Below, in pieces: positions 33,684-46,353 of a stretch of 64,000 nucleotides of DNA. Numbering within the stretch: the first letter of the stretch is position 1; every line of letters starts with the position of its first letter. The notes below the pieces were generated by a model that saw nothing but the letters and a program-made list of their open reading frames with translations, had not been told where the DNA came from and searched no databases. The stretch comes from Octopus sinensis (lineage: Eukaryota). A program made the position numbers and the translations under genes. The stretch covers positions 69,068,001 through 69,132,000 of the forward strand of contig NC_043005.1 in assembly GCF_006345805.1 (NCBI RefSeq). The letters run 5' to 3'.

Positions 33684-34542
33684 AATTTTATGTGCTACTA
33701 ATTATTTCCTGTTGAGAAATACCTAATCCGTAAGCATCAGGCACGAAGTGCACACACACTCACACACACACACATACACACACACGTGCAAACACGTACA
33801 CACTCATTTATATGTTCATGTGTGCGTGCTATTCTGCATGAAATAAACATCCCCGTGTCTGAATATTTTCAACCAACGTGAATAAATATACTTTGTAAGG
33901 AATCCTTGCAATTTTTGATAAAATGAGTTGCTTCATTGTGGTTATAAGATTATATTCCATAACTTAGCTTTAGATTTTACTGAATTAATATTGAATTTTG
34001 CTCCAGTAAAATTTTTTAGCCTACTTCCTAATATGTAATAATGATAAATTTATTGTTCAGAAAATTATAACAGGATTAATTTTAAATCCTTATAGGAAAA
34101 GTTAGAATCTGTACCCGTAAAAGGCGATTTGGATTTATATTATTCAAACTTTGCATGGTTATACTGAATATTTCAAGTATAAACATGTATAAACAAGTTG
34201 TGAATATACAGTCTCCATGATATGAATGCATAATTATGAAGCGGTTCATTTTCCCAGGTTCTACTATTAAGTAACAATCAAATGGGTTTAATTAGCAGAA
34301 TCGTTGGACGTACTTACTGAAAACCTAAATGAATTCTGCTAAATATTTCATATTGACTCATTCCTCGAAGGCCGATTAGTGCGTAATCTTCAATAGGTTG
34401 ATAATATCATGGATCTATCTTTTTTAAACCTTCGATTCAGATGTCACTATAGCTAGAAGGTGACGTCTAAGTTATTATTATCTGGCTGATCAGTATCGTC
34501 TTACTAGATGCATAGTGAGCGGGACCATATTCGGTGTGTACT

Positions 34543-34576
<34 letters not shown>

Positions 34577-34581
34577 ACACA

Positions 34582-34663
<82 letters not shown>

Positions 34664-35596
34664 GCATATACGTATATGTATGTATGTATGCAATTATGTA
34701 TATCTATATATAATTACGCATATGTGTGTGTGTATAACGGATTTAAATATTTGTGAGATTGGCTTTTTTCGTATCACTGTTTTAAAACCTATGTTAGACT
34801 ATTTACATCCTTGTAGCAACAGAGGTATTCTAAAGAAGAACAATGTAAGTATTACATTGAATGTATGTACTGAGCTCAATATATTTTCCTAAGCATTCCA
34901 CGCTGGTACTACAGCATCTATGCAGTGTATGACAGGTGTATTTTAACTCAAGCAATAAAAGAACCCCTACTGTATTATACATGTGTGTACTCATGCCTGT
35001 GTGTGTGTTAGTGTATACTGAGTGTTTGTGTGTGTTAGTGTATACTGAGCACAATGCACGGCTTTATAATTTTGTGTAGCTCAGAATTTCATTTCCTTGC
35101 AGACGGACTCATTTCAAACTTGTTAATGGTCAGAATACTACTGAGCTACCTTCACAATTTTGTTCTCTCCTCTACTTAGTGACGTTAGTCGACTTCAATT
35201 TGTCATTTTTTTCTTCTACTGGTGTTTATGGTTTTTTGACTTGATAATTTTGCGATATTACTGAGAAATATAAGTGAAAATTATTAAATACAATCATCTA
35301 TTTTCTTGTCAGTGTAGCACCTGCAGCATTCTATAATATTAAATTGAGGTTATTTCCTTCCCAAAGTAACAATACATCAATATCTATATTTAATTACATC
35401 TTTAATACATTTCATCTACCAATTATAATGCTGCATTATGTCTACCCACTACTATAATATGTGTGTACATAAAAAGCAATCATTATGTCTATGTAATATA
35501 GCTTTGAGTAATGTCCAAACAACATATTTCTGACTTCAGTTATGTGTTTTAGTCGGTTTTGGCAATCAACCATTTAAATATACAAATGAAACGTAT

Positions 35597-35633
35597 AGGC
35601 GCAGGCGTGCCTGTGTGCTAAGAAGCTTGCTTC
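35597..35633 (+). mobile_element. Truncated tRNA-derived SINE head (A-box part only)
   Basis: AGGCGCAGGCGTGCCTGTGTGCTAAGAAGCTTGCTTC aligns with the head of the full SINE at 44532 (AGGCGCTGGAGTGGCTGTGTGGTAAGTAGCTTCCTAACC). Confidence 0.8.
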
Positions 35634-37602
35634 TTCGCGCATGCGTTGGTCAGTGCTTTCTTTTGCACTGCTAGTAGCCACGACACCATCGTCGTGAATT
35701 ATTGAACGAGTGAAGCACAACTACAAGGTAAGACATTTGTTTTTATGGGATTCAGTGCGGGTTTGCTGCTCGTGTTTATTTATTTTGTCGAACAAGAAAT
35801 CTCCACTGAGTTCCTGGCACATTGTCTGCCTGTAGTTGTCTTTAAAGCCTCACTTAGCGGTGAGAAAATATGTTTTGGGAGCGTATCCCTCCTCCTATAA
35901 TTGTGCATATTTTTTTTACCTATTTTTGGTGGAATTGTTTTGTCACTGTTTTGTGCCCTGGATTACCAAATAAATTACCGAGTTGGCCAGGAGTACCAGT
36001 ACAGGCAGGAGAATAGTTTGCTGTATTTTTGAACTTTTCTTGTCTTCTTCCTTCCTGCATTTTTTAAAACTCTGTGAACTTTTGTTTGCTGTGAACCTTT
36101 TTCCCAAACAAACATGGCAAAAAGATAAACAAACTAAGTTAGAGTGGAAGATTGTCCCACCCAAACAGTGTATGAAAGACGTTGAAGAGAGGACGGTGGT
36201 GTTAAGGATTTACCCGAAGTCGCTCGACATCATCGCTCTCTTTCAAAAGACACAAAATGAAAAAGATTTGGCAAAGCATTTGCCAACTATTAAATTCATC
36301 TCTAGTGGGGTCAAGTATACAACGGTGTGGTTGCTATTTGTCATCCCTTAGAGGGTAACGGGATTTTGCTTCTACCCACGTATAGTGGGAAGATGTTAAC
36401 AAGAGGTTGGATCTGCGGGTTGCCACCCGGGATAGAACCCGAGTGGATAGAATACATTATCCGCCGGGGTCTGGGTGATAGCAGATCCAAGTTGCTTAAT
36501 GTTAAAATTTTGCCGGCGGCTGATTGTGAACGCAATCAGCCAAGAATCTGGTTTTTTCCAGATCTTTTGAAAATGGCCGGTTGCAGATACCTGGTGATAC
36601 TTGAGGAAGCCCCTCCCCCCAAGCATCACTTGTGTCTGGAACCGGGCCATATTAAAAAGAATTGTCCCCAGGACCAGAGTAGGGTACTGGAACAGTTGGT
36701 TGTCGAAGAGCCCCCTCGTCCTCCAGGGGGATAGTTGGAGGTAATCGAGGACGTAGAAAGTTCCCCGAAAATAAAAGGAAAAAAGGAAGAATGTAGACAA
36801 CAATGGTTGCTCACCGAAGGATCCTAAACCTGCGGGAGGGGGGGTCGATCCTCCGGTTAAATCAGAGGAACCATCCCTTCCCGTATCAAAGACAAGATAA
36901 AAGAAGAAAAAGAATGGGAGAGTGCCGGCGGTTGGTAGTACACTGCCGGCATGTCCCGAAACCTCGTCGGTGGGGTTTGTGCCACAGACGCAGGAAAGTG
37001 TAGCCCCTCCCAGTATAATAAATGAAGAATTTGTGATCTTCTTTCTCAAGGGAAGGGCCGTAGAGAACTTTGTGGTGAGGAATCTAAAAGATCGGGAAAA
37101 GAGGTTCTGAACTGCATTGAAAGTCCGTATTGGCCTCCGCAGGTGGCTGCGGAGGTCATGACAGAAAATTATTTCTACTGGATGATGTTTTCCTTTACCA
37201 AAGATGAATACAATTATCGCTTATGGGCCCCAGCTTGCAATTGCAGGCTTGCCTGCAGGCGGCAAGAGATTTAATCGGGGAGGTAGAAGAGGTCTTAGTA
37301 CCTCGATTCCAACTTGGTGATTTTGGCAAGAGGCTTAGCGCGTCAACTTGAACGTATTTGCTCAACATTTTTTTTTTTAATTGGTAAGAGGCTCAGTGCC
37401 TCAATTTGTAGCTGTTGTAAGTGGTTCAACACCGCATTTGAGTTTTAAAAAAGAACAATATTATCGGGCAGTAGCAATCGGTGGGCGTTGGTTGTTTCCC
37501 CCACAAACCATAACTTTTTTCATACCATCGTCATCATTGTATCTGTGTCCGTCCCGCAAGTTTTCATCTGTATTATGCTTTTATGGCAAATCTAATGAAA
37601 TA
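35634..37602 (+). mobile_element. ORF1-only L1/Tx1-like element #1 (~2.0 kb), decayed ORF1 with gag-type knuckle, no ORF2
   Basis: ATG at 36114 then frameshifted KDVEERTVVLRIY, GLPPGIEPEWI, HLCLEPGHIKKNCP; ends AATAAA + AAGAAGCTTGCTTC; GCGCATGCG motif at 35637. Confidence 0.75.
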
Positions 37603-37616
37603 AAGAAGCTTGCTTC

Positions 37617-39361
37617 CGGTTACCCAGGTTTCATTTGCTTTGTTGATTTTGTACGAGATAGACGTGTCTTTTTCGGCTGTGCGATATTTTTACACCTGTG
37701 AGATGGAGGGGTGTCGAGTGGGGAGCTGCGAAAGTTTAATTTGTTCTGTGTCAAACGTTGAATGCTGCCCTTCGTCGGAGTAAGAATTGGTAGAGTGCCT
37801 TAATAAAATAGACAAGGCTATGGAAGAAAGAACTTATGCTGCAGCGACGGAAGAAAAGTGTGAAGGCATAAGGGTGGAGGATGTAAGCAAGTTTAAGGGA
37901 ATGTTTGAAAGGGGGGTGGACGAAGTGAAGGTGTCCGCACCTTCACTATTTTTGAAGGAAGTAGCGGGAATAACGGTAATTTATAGAACGTACTCAGTGG
38001 CAGCCAGAAAAAAACTGAGAATATGTCAACGGCACAAATAGATAGAAAAGGCGTTGAGATCAGTCTAGCAAGGGATTTGGTATCTTGTTAAAGGAAAGAA
38101 ATTTGGAACGGTAGAGATGCGGTTTGGAAACGTAGCCACCACTAGGCTGCACTCAGCAACACAGCTGAAAACGAATGAGGTAGTTTTTATACCAGTATGC
38201 CTTGTGAGACGTGCTTTGAGTGTTAGGGTTGAGGAAAAACCACCGGAGGTAGATGTATCCTGGCTGGTGGCTGCTATATTTCTAGGAATGTAGTAGAAGG
38301 TGGTAGTCCTACAGGCCACCAGAACACCTCCTAGGAACTGGCGAGGACAAACCCGTGATATGGTGGTGCAAATGACGGAGGTGGATATCGAATAATGGTC
38401 GAGAGCATCGCAGTGGGAGAGATGATATTAAAGGTCAGAGTGGAAAGTAGGATTCTGCATGCTATAAATGTGCCCTGAACGGACACGTTAGAGTGGAGTG
38501 TCCTCCACCACTGGAAAACGATAAGGAGAGACGCAATGACAAAGTGGTTGCTGCCCCTATGGCCGTGGAGGAAGAAGAAAGAGATGTGGAATCACAGTGG
38601 AAGGCGGGTACTAGCTTTGAGTAGGGGGAATCGAATACCAGCTGGGAAATGGTGGAGAAGAAAACCAGGAAGGGAGGAAGAGGACACACCTGGTAACGGA
38701 TGACCTCCAACTCACTCACAACAGACCCACACACAGTCGGCTCGAACCGCTCCCTACAGAAATCAGTCCCCATCCACGCCCCGCCTGACACGAAGACAAG
38801 CATAAACACACAGGAGCCCCAAAATCCCGCATCCTCGCACAGGGAAAGAAATACTTTGTATTATACAACAGACATAACAAAGAACTATATAAAGAAATAG
38901 AAACATGGGATTCTGCAACTAAAGTGGACACAACAGAGTAAGGGAGTTGACGGAGACCTTGCGATGTGCGGTGGTGGAATCGGAGTAACTGGCAAGATTG
39001 AAGAAGTATGAGAAATACTTTAAGTGGTGGAGAAAGAGGATAAACCCAAGTATTATGCCAGAGCAGGTGAGTTATGTTGGCATTCTTGTAAAATATAAAA
39101 TTGATATATTGAGTAAAAGATAATTAGTTGCTATAAATCGTAATGAAAAAGGTGTTATAAACTGTTTTAAATCTGTTGTTGCAAATGGCAATAAAAACGG
39201 TGTTGTAACAGATTCAATGAAGTCTTTCTGAGTTGGAGACGAGCGATTTCATTTCATCTTTAATTATATAATTTCATTCATTCCATTCGTTTATTTGTTT
39301 TTTGTCCCCACCTTATGCTGTCCCCTCTGCGTAAGGCGTTTATGGCCAAGTTCATAAAATA
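37617..39361 (+). mobile_element. ORF1-only L1/Tx1-like element #2 (~1.75 kb), decayed ORF1 with CCHC knuckle, no ORF2
   Basis: MEERTYAAA, KEVAGITVIYRTY, GKKFGTVEMRF, KPPEVDVSWL, CYKCALNGHVRVECP (38459-38505); ends AATAAA + AAGAAGCTTCCTTC. Confidence 0.8.
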
Positions 39362-39375
39362 AAGAAGCTTCCTTC

Positions 39376-40200
39376 CGGTTGTCTGCGCTGTGTGAGTTGT
39401 CATATTTATTGTTGAAACTCTGTTATTTATTGTAAATGTTGTTGAAAATTATTATTGCGAACTTTTGCCTGTTTGCAGGCTGTGTTGGACTATTTTATTT
39501 CTCGGTGTTTATGGAAATAGTGAAATTTCTGTAGCCATTTGGCAATTATTTATTCGATTGGATTCTCCAAAGGAGTGCATTTTAAAAATATAGCATTTGT
39601 AGGCACGTTGCACTGCGCCCCATTCCCGTTTGGGGATGGGGTTTGAACTGTTATTCCTATTGCGAGGAATTTATTTTTTGAACTATGGAAAATAAAAGGG
39701 AACCTGCAATTTTCTTTTGAAAATTAAAATTGAATTCGGCCGTTTTAGACTTTCTATTTGGGTTGCGCTCACCCCGCTGACAGGGGTGGGATGTGAACTG
39801 TTCTTCCTCTTGAGAGGAAGTAATGTTTTTGAACGGAGAAAAGGAACGGAGTCCTATAATTATTCCTTTGAAAAAAATGAACTGTTTTCAACCGTCTTGG
39901 CCTCATTGAGCCACGCCTCTTCCCCTGTCAGGGGTGAGTTTGAACTTATTGATTGTCAAAAAATAAACTCTTGGAATTGTGTTTTTTTTTTCTTTGTTCG
40001 TGTTTATCCCGACCGAAATACCGGTGGAGATAATAAAATAAAAATGCTCTCCTACAAAGTATGATGCTTTGGAGGCTAACGAGCCACCAAAAGAAGTCAC
40101 CGAAAGCTTTGCGGCAGTCGCCACCGTACAGATGGAGAATCTGGAATTCTCATTATGGTAACTTCACGAAATGAAAGAATTACAGAATAGAACTCTGAAG
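39376..40200 (+). mobile_element. Third related element, 3'-truncated (5'UTR + start of ORF1)
   Basis: Begins CGGTT directly after the junction motif, like element #2; T-rich UTR; PTKYDALEA..ESFAAVA resembles an ORF1 N-terminus; end approximate. Confidence 0.5.
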
Positions 40201-40503
40201 TAAAAATATTACTTCCCACCAACACAAATGAAAAGATAATAAAAAGACAATTATATTTGAAACATTCTGTCCATGTATGTATTTATGTATGTGTGTGTGT
40301 GCTATCACGCACTGAGATGTACACACTTACGTACGCATGCATAAACCCCACCACACAAACACGCACACATACATATACAAACACGCACTAACACACACGG
40401 AGAGCAAACGAAAACACCATTCAGAAACATATTTGATGAATCTCAATTAATGAGACGAAAGTGCTAATAAATATTTATCTAGAATTCTCTATACCCTTTT
40501 TCC

Positions 40504-40664
<161 letters not shown>

Positions 40665-41260
40665 TGTGCACGTGTGTGTGCGTGTGTCTGTTTTACAAAA
40701 CTAAATGTCCAACGTAATCAAACGTCCGTTAGAACTAAATCGTATAGCTCAAAATAGTAATTACTTTAGTGAAAACGTTTTCATGCATAAGATAAAGAAC
40801 ACAGAACTATCATTCGATTTTTTTTCCTATGAATATTTGAAAAAATTAGTTTTATAAACTTCCCAAATTCATCCTTCACAAATATACAGTTGTTCAAAAG
40901 AAATGGTATTTTACAAACTGATTGCAGTGAATTAGTAGAATAAAAAATAATATGGTATTTTTCAGTAAGAGAATAGCTAATAATGAATTAGATTTTCATG
41001 AAATACAGAATTTAGTCTAATTAGTTGATAGAGGTTTCTCCAAGTTTACCATTACATCAACATAATGCAGCTCTATAGCGTTAATTACGGGAGTGATTCA
41101 ATAACTCTAAACGGATTACACTATAGTCATTCGGCCGCCAGAATTTGAATTATAGTTGTATGATTACTATGAGTGGTACAGAAGTATATAACGTTGGGGC
41201 AGGTTATATACACACGCACATACGCCCACACATACACATTCACACACACATAGACATATA

Positions 41261-41312
<52 letters not shown>

Positions 41313-42587
41313 GACATACATGTACATATGTACATGTGCTTATCTTTATACACACGCTTATGTTTATGTGTGTATATATATATGGTGAATCTATGTTTGT
41401 ATATTCGCATGTTTTTATGTGTGTGAATATCTGTCAAAATTATATAATGTAAATATATTCATTCATCCTTAATGGTGTGCTATTTGAATTTTAAAAGTTG
41501 GCTGCTTTTATTTGGGCTAAGTCTCGATTATATTAAGATCCTTTTTGCTGCACTCCTTTTCCACTAGATTGTTTCAGTAATTGTAACTCTCGTTACGCTG
41601 ATTTTGTGATGCACTTTTCCGAAAGGATGGTCCTTAAATTCCGTACGTACCCATAATAATGAAACGCATTTTCTTTCATATCCTCTCGAAATTGTCATAA
41701 CTTCCTTACAGCGAAATTATATATTCCTACACGTATTGCATTTAAAGTTTTACCATTTAGTATTCATTTAGGATTAAATAGGAGCCAAATAGGTGTAATA
41801 TATCAACATCTACAGACAAAAGGATATAGAGTAACAATAAAAGAACATACATGATATTTGACAAGGTTTTTATTATACGTTTGTTGAGCCCGATTATTTT
41901 GCATCTTCTTTTTCATGGTATGCTTTGTGATAACTTTATATTTGCGACATCATATTATATAATTGGTAACTTGATAGTTTCCTTTTATATATGGTGCTAT
42001 CTATAGTGCAACTGAATTGGTTTGTGTGTGCGTGTGTGTGCGTGTGTGTGTGCGTGTGGGTGACTGTGTGTGTGTGTGTGATCCTTATGGATTCGAAAAC
42101 CGAGTTACTGAATACGACATATGAGCTATCAAAATATTCAGTTATCTTTCTCGAAACGGAGGTCGGATCGCACAATTTTGAGGTCTTTAGATAAGGTTGG
42201 CAACTATGTGTGTGCCTTTTGTTGTGGAGGAAAATACATTTTCTCAGAATATTTTGCACAACTAAAAAAAATTACAGATATTACTTATTCGTAATCAAGT
42301 AGACTGCGATGTACAATACGAAATTTTGAACTCATTTTCATGTGCATAGTAATCTATTACTTTAGATTTGAAGCTATTAAATCTTTATACATTATTTTAC
42401 TGGGTTTAGTCTTTCGACTATTTCCGATGTGGGGTATCACCTTCAAAAATTTAATTTATCATACGGAACTCAGTACGTATTTCATTCTGGCATTTATTTT
42501 ATAGATATGTGCTTGATAAACTCATAACTTTGAGACATAGTGGGACACACTGTTCGATTTAACAACAAATGTAAACACACATATATT

Positions 42588-42745
42588 AGGTGCAATAATG
42601 ACAGTGGTTGCGAAGTTTGCTTCCGAACTACATGGTTCTATGTTCAGTCCCTCTGTTTGGTACGTTGGGCAGGTTTTTTATGATATAGCCCTAGGCCAAC
42701 CACAGACTTGTGAATGAATTTGGTAGGCGTAAACTGCAGCATTCT
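42588..42745 (+). mobile_element. Degenerate copy of the tRNA-head SINE (5' part)
   Basis: Aligns with 44533-44680 (CATGGTTC..GTTCAGTCCC, TATAGCCC..GGCC.ACCA..G.CTTGTGA..G.ATTTGGTAG). Confidence 0.7.
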
Positions 42746-43899
42746 TCATCAGGAAAAGAACGAAAGACATGTTTATAAATAAGATTTGTTTGCTTCATAC
42801 TAATCGTGTGTGGATTCCGCGCATAAGAAAGGAACAATTAATACAATTTGGCTGCATTTCTAGTGTTAATATATTAAAATGTCTTCACCAGATAATCATT
42901 GACGGCACCGTATCTGTTCCTCAAGCTATGCAGTTAAACGTGCTGGGTGAATATAAATTCGTCATTCATTTTTATAACACTTTCCACTAGCTGCAGGACA
43001 AGACTATTTTGAAATCGATTCGTGCATGTTCTACTAATTTTGTTTTAAATTTTCGGTGCTTTAGATACCCCATTAGAACAACTAATAATATTCATAAAGA
43101 AAAATCGAAAGAAAACTGCATAAAAATTAACAAAATGAAACAATGTGAATTTGAAACGTGGTATTTTTTTTTTAGAGATTTAAAACAAATGCTAGTTCGT
43201 GTTATGAACAATAATTAGGTCATCATTGAATTTCGATTGGGTTGATAGATCTATGTTTCTTTTCCCCAAGCGGTTCTCAAATCTTGAAAATACTTTATTT
43301 CTATGAACATGAAATTTGAAAACAAAACAATAAAAGTCCAATACAAATGCCTTTATATAATAAATTAGTAATTTGCATGGAATAATTTTATTAAAATTGA
43401 AGATGTAAATATTGAAACATTATGTAAGTTCAGCATTCGATAATTTCTATATGTGCTAATGTGCAAACTTAGCGATAAAGTTTTATCAGTAAGTTAGTCT
43501 TTAAAAAAAATCAGTCCTTAAAGGTTTATTTTGGTGTAGGATTAAAATATAGAAATGAAAGTATAATATTGAATTGAAAACTAGGCAGAAAAGTAAGAGG
43601 GAATAGAGAATATTTCCTTGTCTTTAACAATGCATTGTTGCACTCGTTTTTTGGTTTCTTCTCTCTAGGTTTCCTTTACAAAATGTGTTCATCACCTTAG
43701 AATTTGACTAAATATTTCACATCGTTTCAGATATATGGCGATGTAGTGTCCATTAATGAAAAACAGTCACTTAGGTCAATTACTTCTCTTCGAATTCTAT
43801 CAAAAATACCAGTTGCCAAAACTAAAAGGGAACAATTTAAACAAAAGCAAGTTTTCTCGCTTCACGGAGGAGGAATTCGTTCTCAAATGTCTTAATTGA

Positions 43900-44400
43900 A
43901 TGGGCTGAACTAGGAAAATTTGTAAGATTTCAATTCATTAGCGAATTGACTCTGCCAAAAAAATTCTTTCATGATACTTAGGCTCATGACCTTTAATCGA
44001 CGGTTAAGGTTCAAAAAGTCGGTGTATGCGTTGCTCATCATCTCAATGAAAATGCCATCAGTTTGCTCGGCCTGCACGAGGCTACGGATGGACACATTTA
44101 GATACGCTTATTTAGCACGTCTTCAACAGCAAACGGCTCGCTTCTTCAACAAAGCAAAGCTCGATCGTATGGCACTAGTTCAACAAAATCAGCTATGCAA
44201 TACGTTGATTGAGTAGTTCTAACGCCAAATTCTCCTTATATAGCGCATTCACATCGTTTCAATTCGTTGTCACTCGACAAAAATCTGGGGAATGTTCCTT
44301 ACAACAACGAACCCCAGAGGCTTTCTTGCTTTTATGGAAAAAAATTCAAAATATGGCGAAAACGTTCGTTTTTGTCACTCCAAGTTAAATGGACACTGAA
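43900..44400 (-). mobile_element. Possible very old mariner N-terminal remnant
   Basis: Minus translation SDKNERFRHIL resembles the mariner N-terminal FRHILL motif; remainder heavily decayed. Confidence 0.35.
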
Positions 44401-44532
44401 TTAAAAGTAGTGAACAATATTACGTGCAATATTATCTGCATCTAAACTAAGCAAACAGTAACAGCCAGCGAATGTCAAAAGGAAATCGTAACAATGACAA
44501 ATGTGTTGCAAAAAATCGTACATGTATACATA

Positions 44533-44947
44533 GGCGCTGGAGTGGCTGTGTGGTAAGTAGCTTCCTAACCAACCACATGGTTCCGGGTTCAGTCCCACTG
44601 CGTGGCATCTTGGGCAAGTGTCTTCTGCTATAGCCCCGGGCCGACCAAAGCCTTGTGAGTGGATTTGGTAGACGGAAACTGAAAGAAGCATGTCGTATAT
44701 ATGTATATATATATAAGTGTGTGTGTATATGTTTGTGTGTCTGTGTTTGTCCCCTAGCATTGCTTGACAACCGATGCTGGTGTGTTTACGTCCCCGTCAC
44801 TTAGAGGTTCGGCAAAAGAGACCGATAGAATAAGTACTGGGCTTACAAAGAATAAGTCCCGGGGTCGATTTGCTCGACTAAAGGCGGTGCTCCAGCATGG
44901 CCGCAGTCAAATGACTGAAACAAGTAAAAGAGTAAAGAGTAAAGAGT
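44533..44947 (+). mobile_element. Full-length tRNA-head SINE with internal (TA/TG)n and LINE-derived 3' tail ending (AAAGAGT)n
   Basis: A-box TGGCTGTGTGG, B-box GGTTCAGTCCC, central microsatellite, tail GGCGGTGCTCCAGCATGGCCGCAG...CTGAAACAAG, tandem AAAGAGT. Confidence 0.9.
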
Positions 44948-45819
44948 TACCAAAAACGAAATTACTTTCTTGCCAACCTAATTTACTGTGATATTCACTC
45001 CGCTAAATGTTCGTATAGGGTCATTCCTCTAATAGGTGACAGCGAAATTCTGAAATAGTTTTATCAACAAGCAACGATAAAATTCCACGAGCATGTATAT
45101 GTAATAGTTCGCAAGATTGTTTCACTCAGTTTTTTAAGATATAATTTTGCAAATTGGTGTCTAGATCTTTATCCATCTTTCTGAAACGTCATTTTTTGAT
45201 CTGAACCAACAATGTCGAATAAAAGTAAAACACTGGTGTAAAAGGATATTTAATTTCCATGGGGTTGTATGATATGACGTGTTGCTAACGTTGTGTTAAG
45301 TTAATATAAATACCCGTGCTATGTTTAAGTGCATGATTAACTGCTGTGTAATCATTACATAAGTTATTTTGCTGCGCAGTAAACTAAGACGATATCCATC
45401 AGTTTAAATATAATGTAAAGAACTCAGAAGATTATGCCCTACTTCGTTTTACTTGCTTTAAATATCTAAAAGTTGTTTTAGTATTCATTCATGTTTGCTC
45501 ATACCCATGTCCTTTAAACTGCTTCAAACCAGGGCACAGCTCTTTAACTTTTCGCATTCAACTATTCCACTGAACGTATGTATCTGAAAATAAGTAACAA
45601 CTGATCTCATAATTAATCCTGTAGATCCTCATTTTCCATCTCACATTCTGCATTAAACTAATTAGTGATCTGTTTCACTGCTGTTTGTATATACAATTGG
45701 GTGTACAAAGATGGGGACAGATTATGTTATCGAAATTAGGATTTGCATGGCAGTTTGTTTTTTATTGCACTCCTAACCGTTTCTATGTCCTTACAGGAAT
45801 ATTATACTGTAGAAAGTGT

Positions 45820-46015
45820 GGAGGCACTTGGTTTAGTGGTTAGGGGTGTTGCACTCGTGCTCATATGACTTTTGTTTCGATTTCTGGACCGGGCAATGCG
45901 TGGGATACTTGTGCAAAACACTTCATTTCACATAGTTCCAGTTTTCCCAGCAAAAAGATTGTGTAATCCTGAGGCGGACAGGCATCACTGTCTATGGGGT
46001 GATATATACGCCACA
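45820..46015 (+). mobile_element. Degenerate tRNA-derived SINE of a second family
   Basis: A-box-like TGGTTTAGTGG and B-box-like GTTTCGATTTC at tRNA-like spacing. Confidence 0.55.
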
Positions 46016-46317
46016 GAATTAAATATCTTAATATAAGCCTGGCATAGGGCACTAAATACTTATACGAATAGGATCGGTGAACATTTTTTCTAAAACCATC
46101 CAATTCTGCGTATTCTAAAATGATAACTTATAGAGAAAAACGAAAATGGCGAAATCGCGCCTCTAAGATTACAGTACATTCTGTTCTGTTTAATAGGAAA
46201 TATAATCATACGTGGGTACACATCTACCAATGTCAGAGTGTTAGGCCATTACAGAATTGAATTTTTCTGATAATAATCGACGACAAAATATTTGATTATA
46301 TTGAAGTTAGTATATAT

Positions 46318-46353
<36 letters not shown>

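Noticed and set aside
44533-44620. tRNA gene
   Set aside because: A/B boxes belong to a SINE head; no cloverleaf, continues into SINE body
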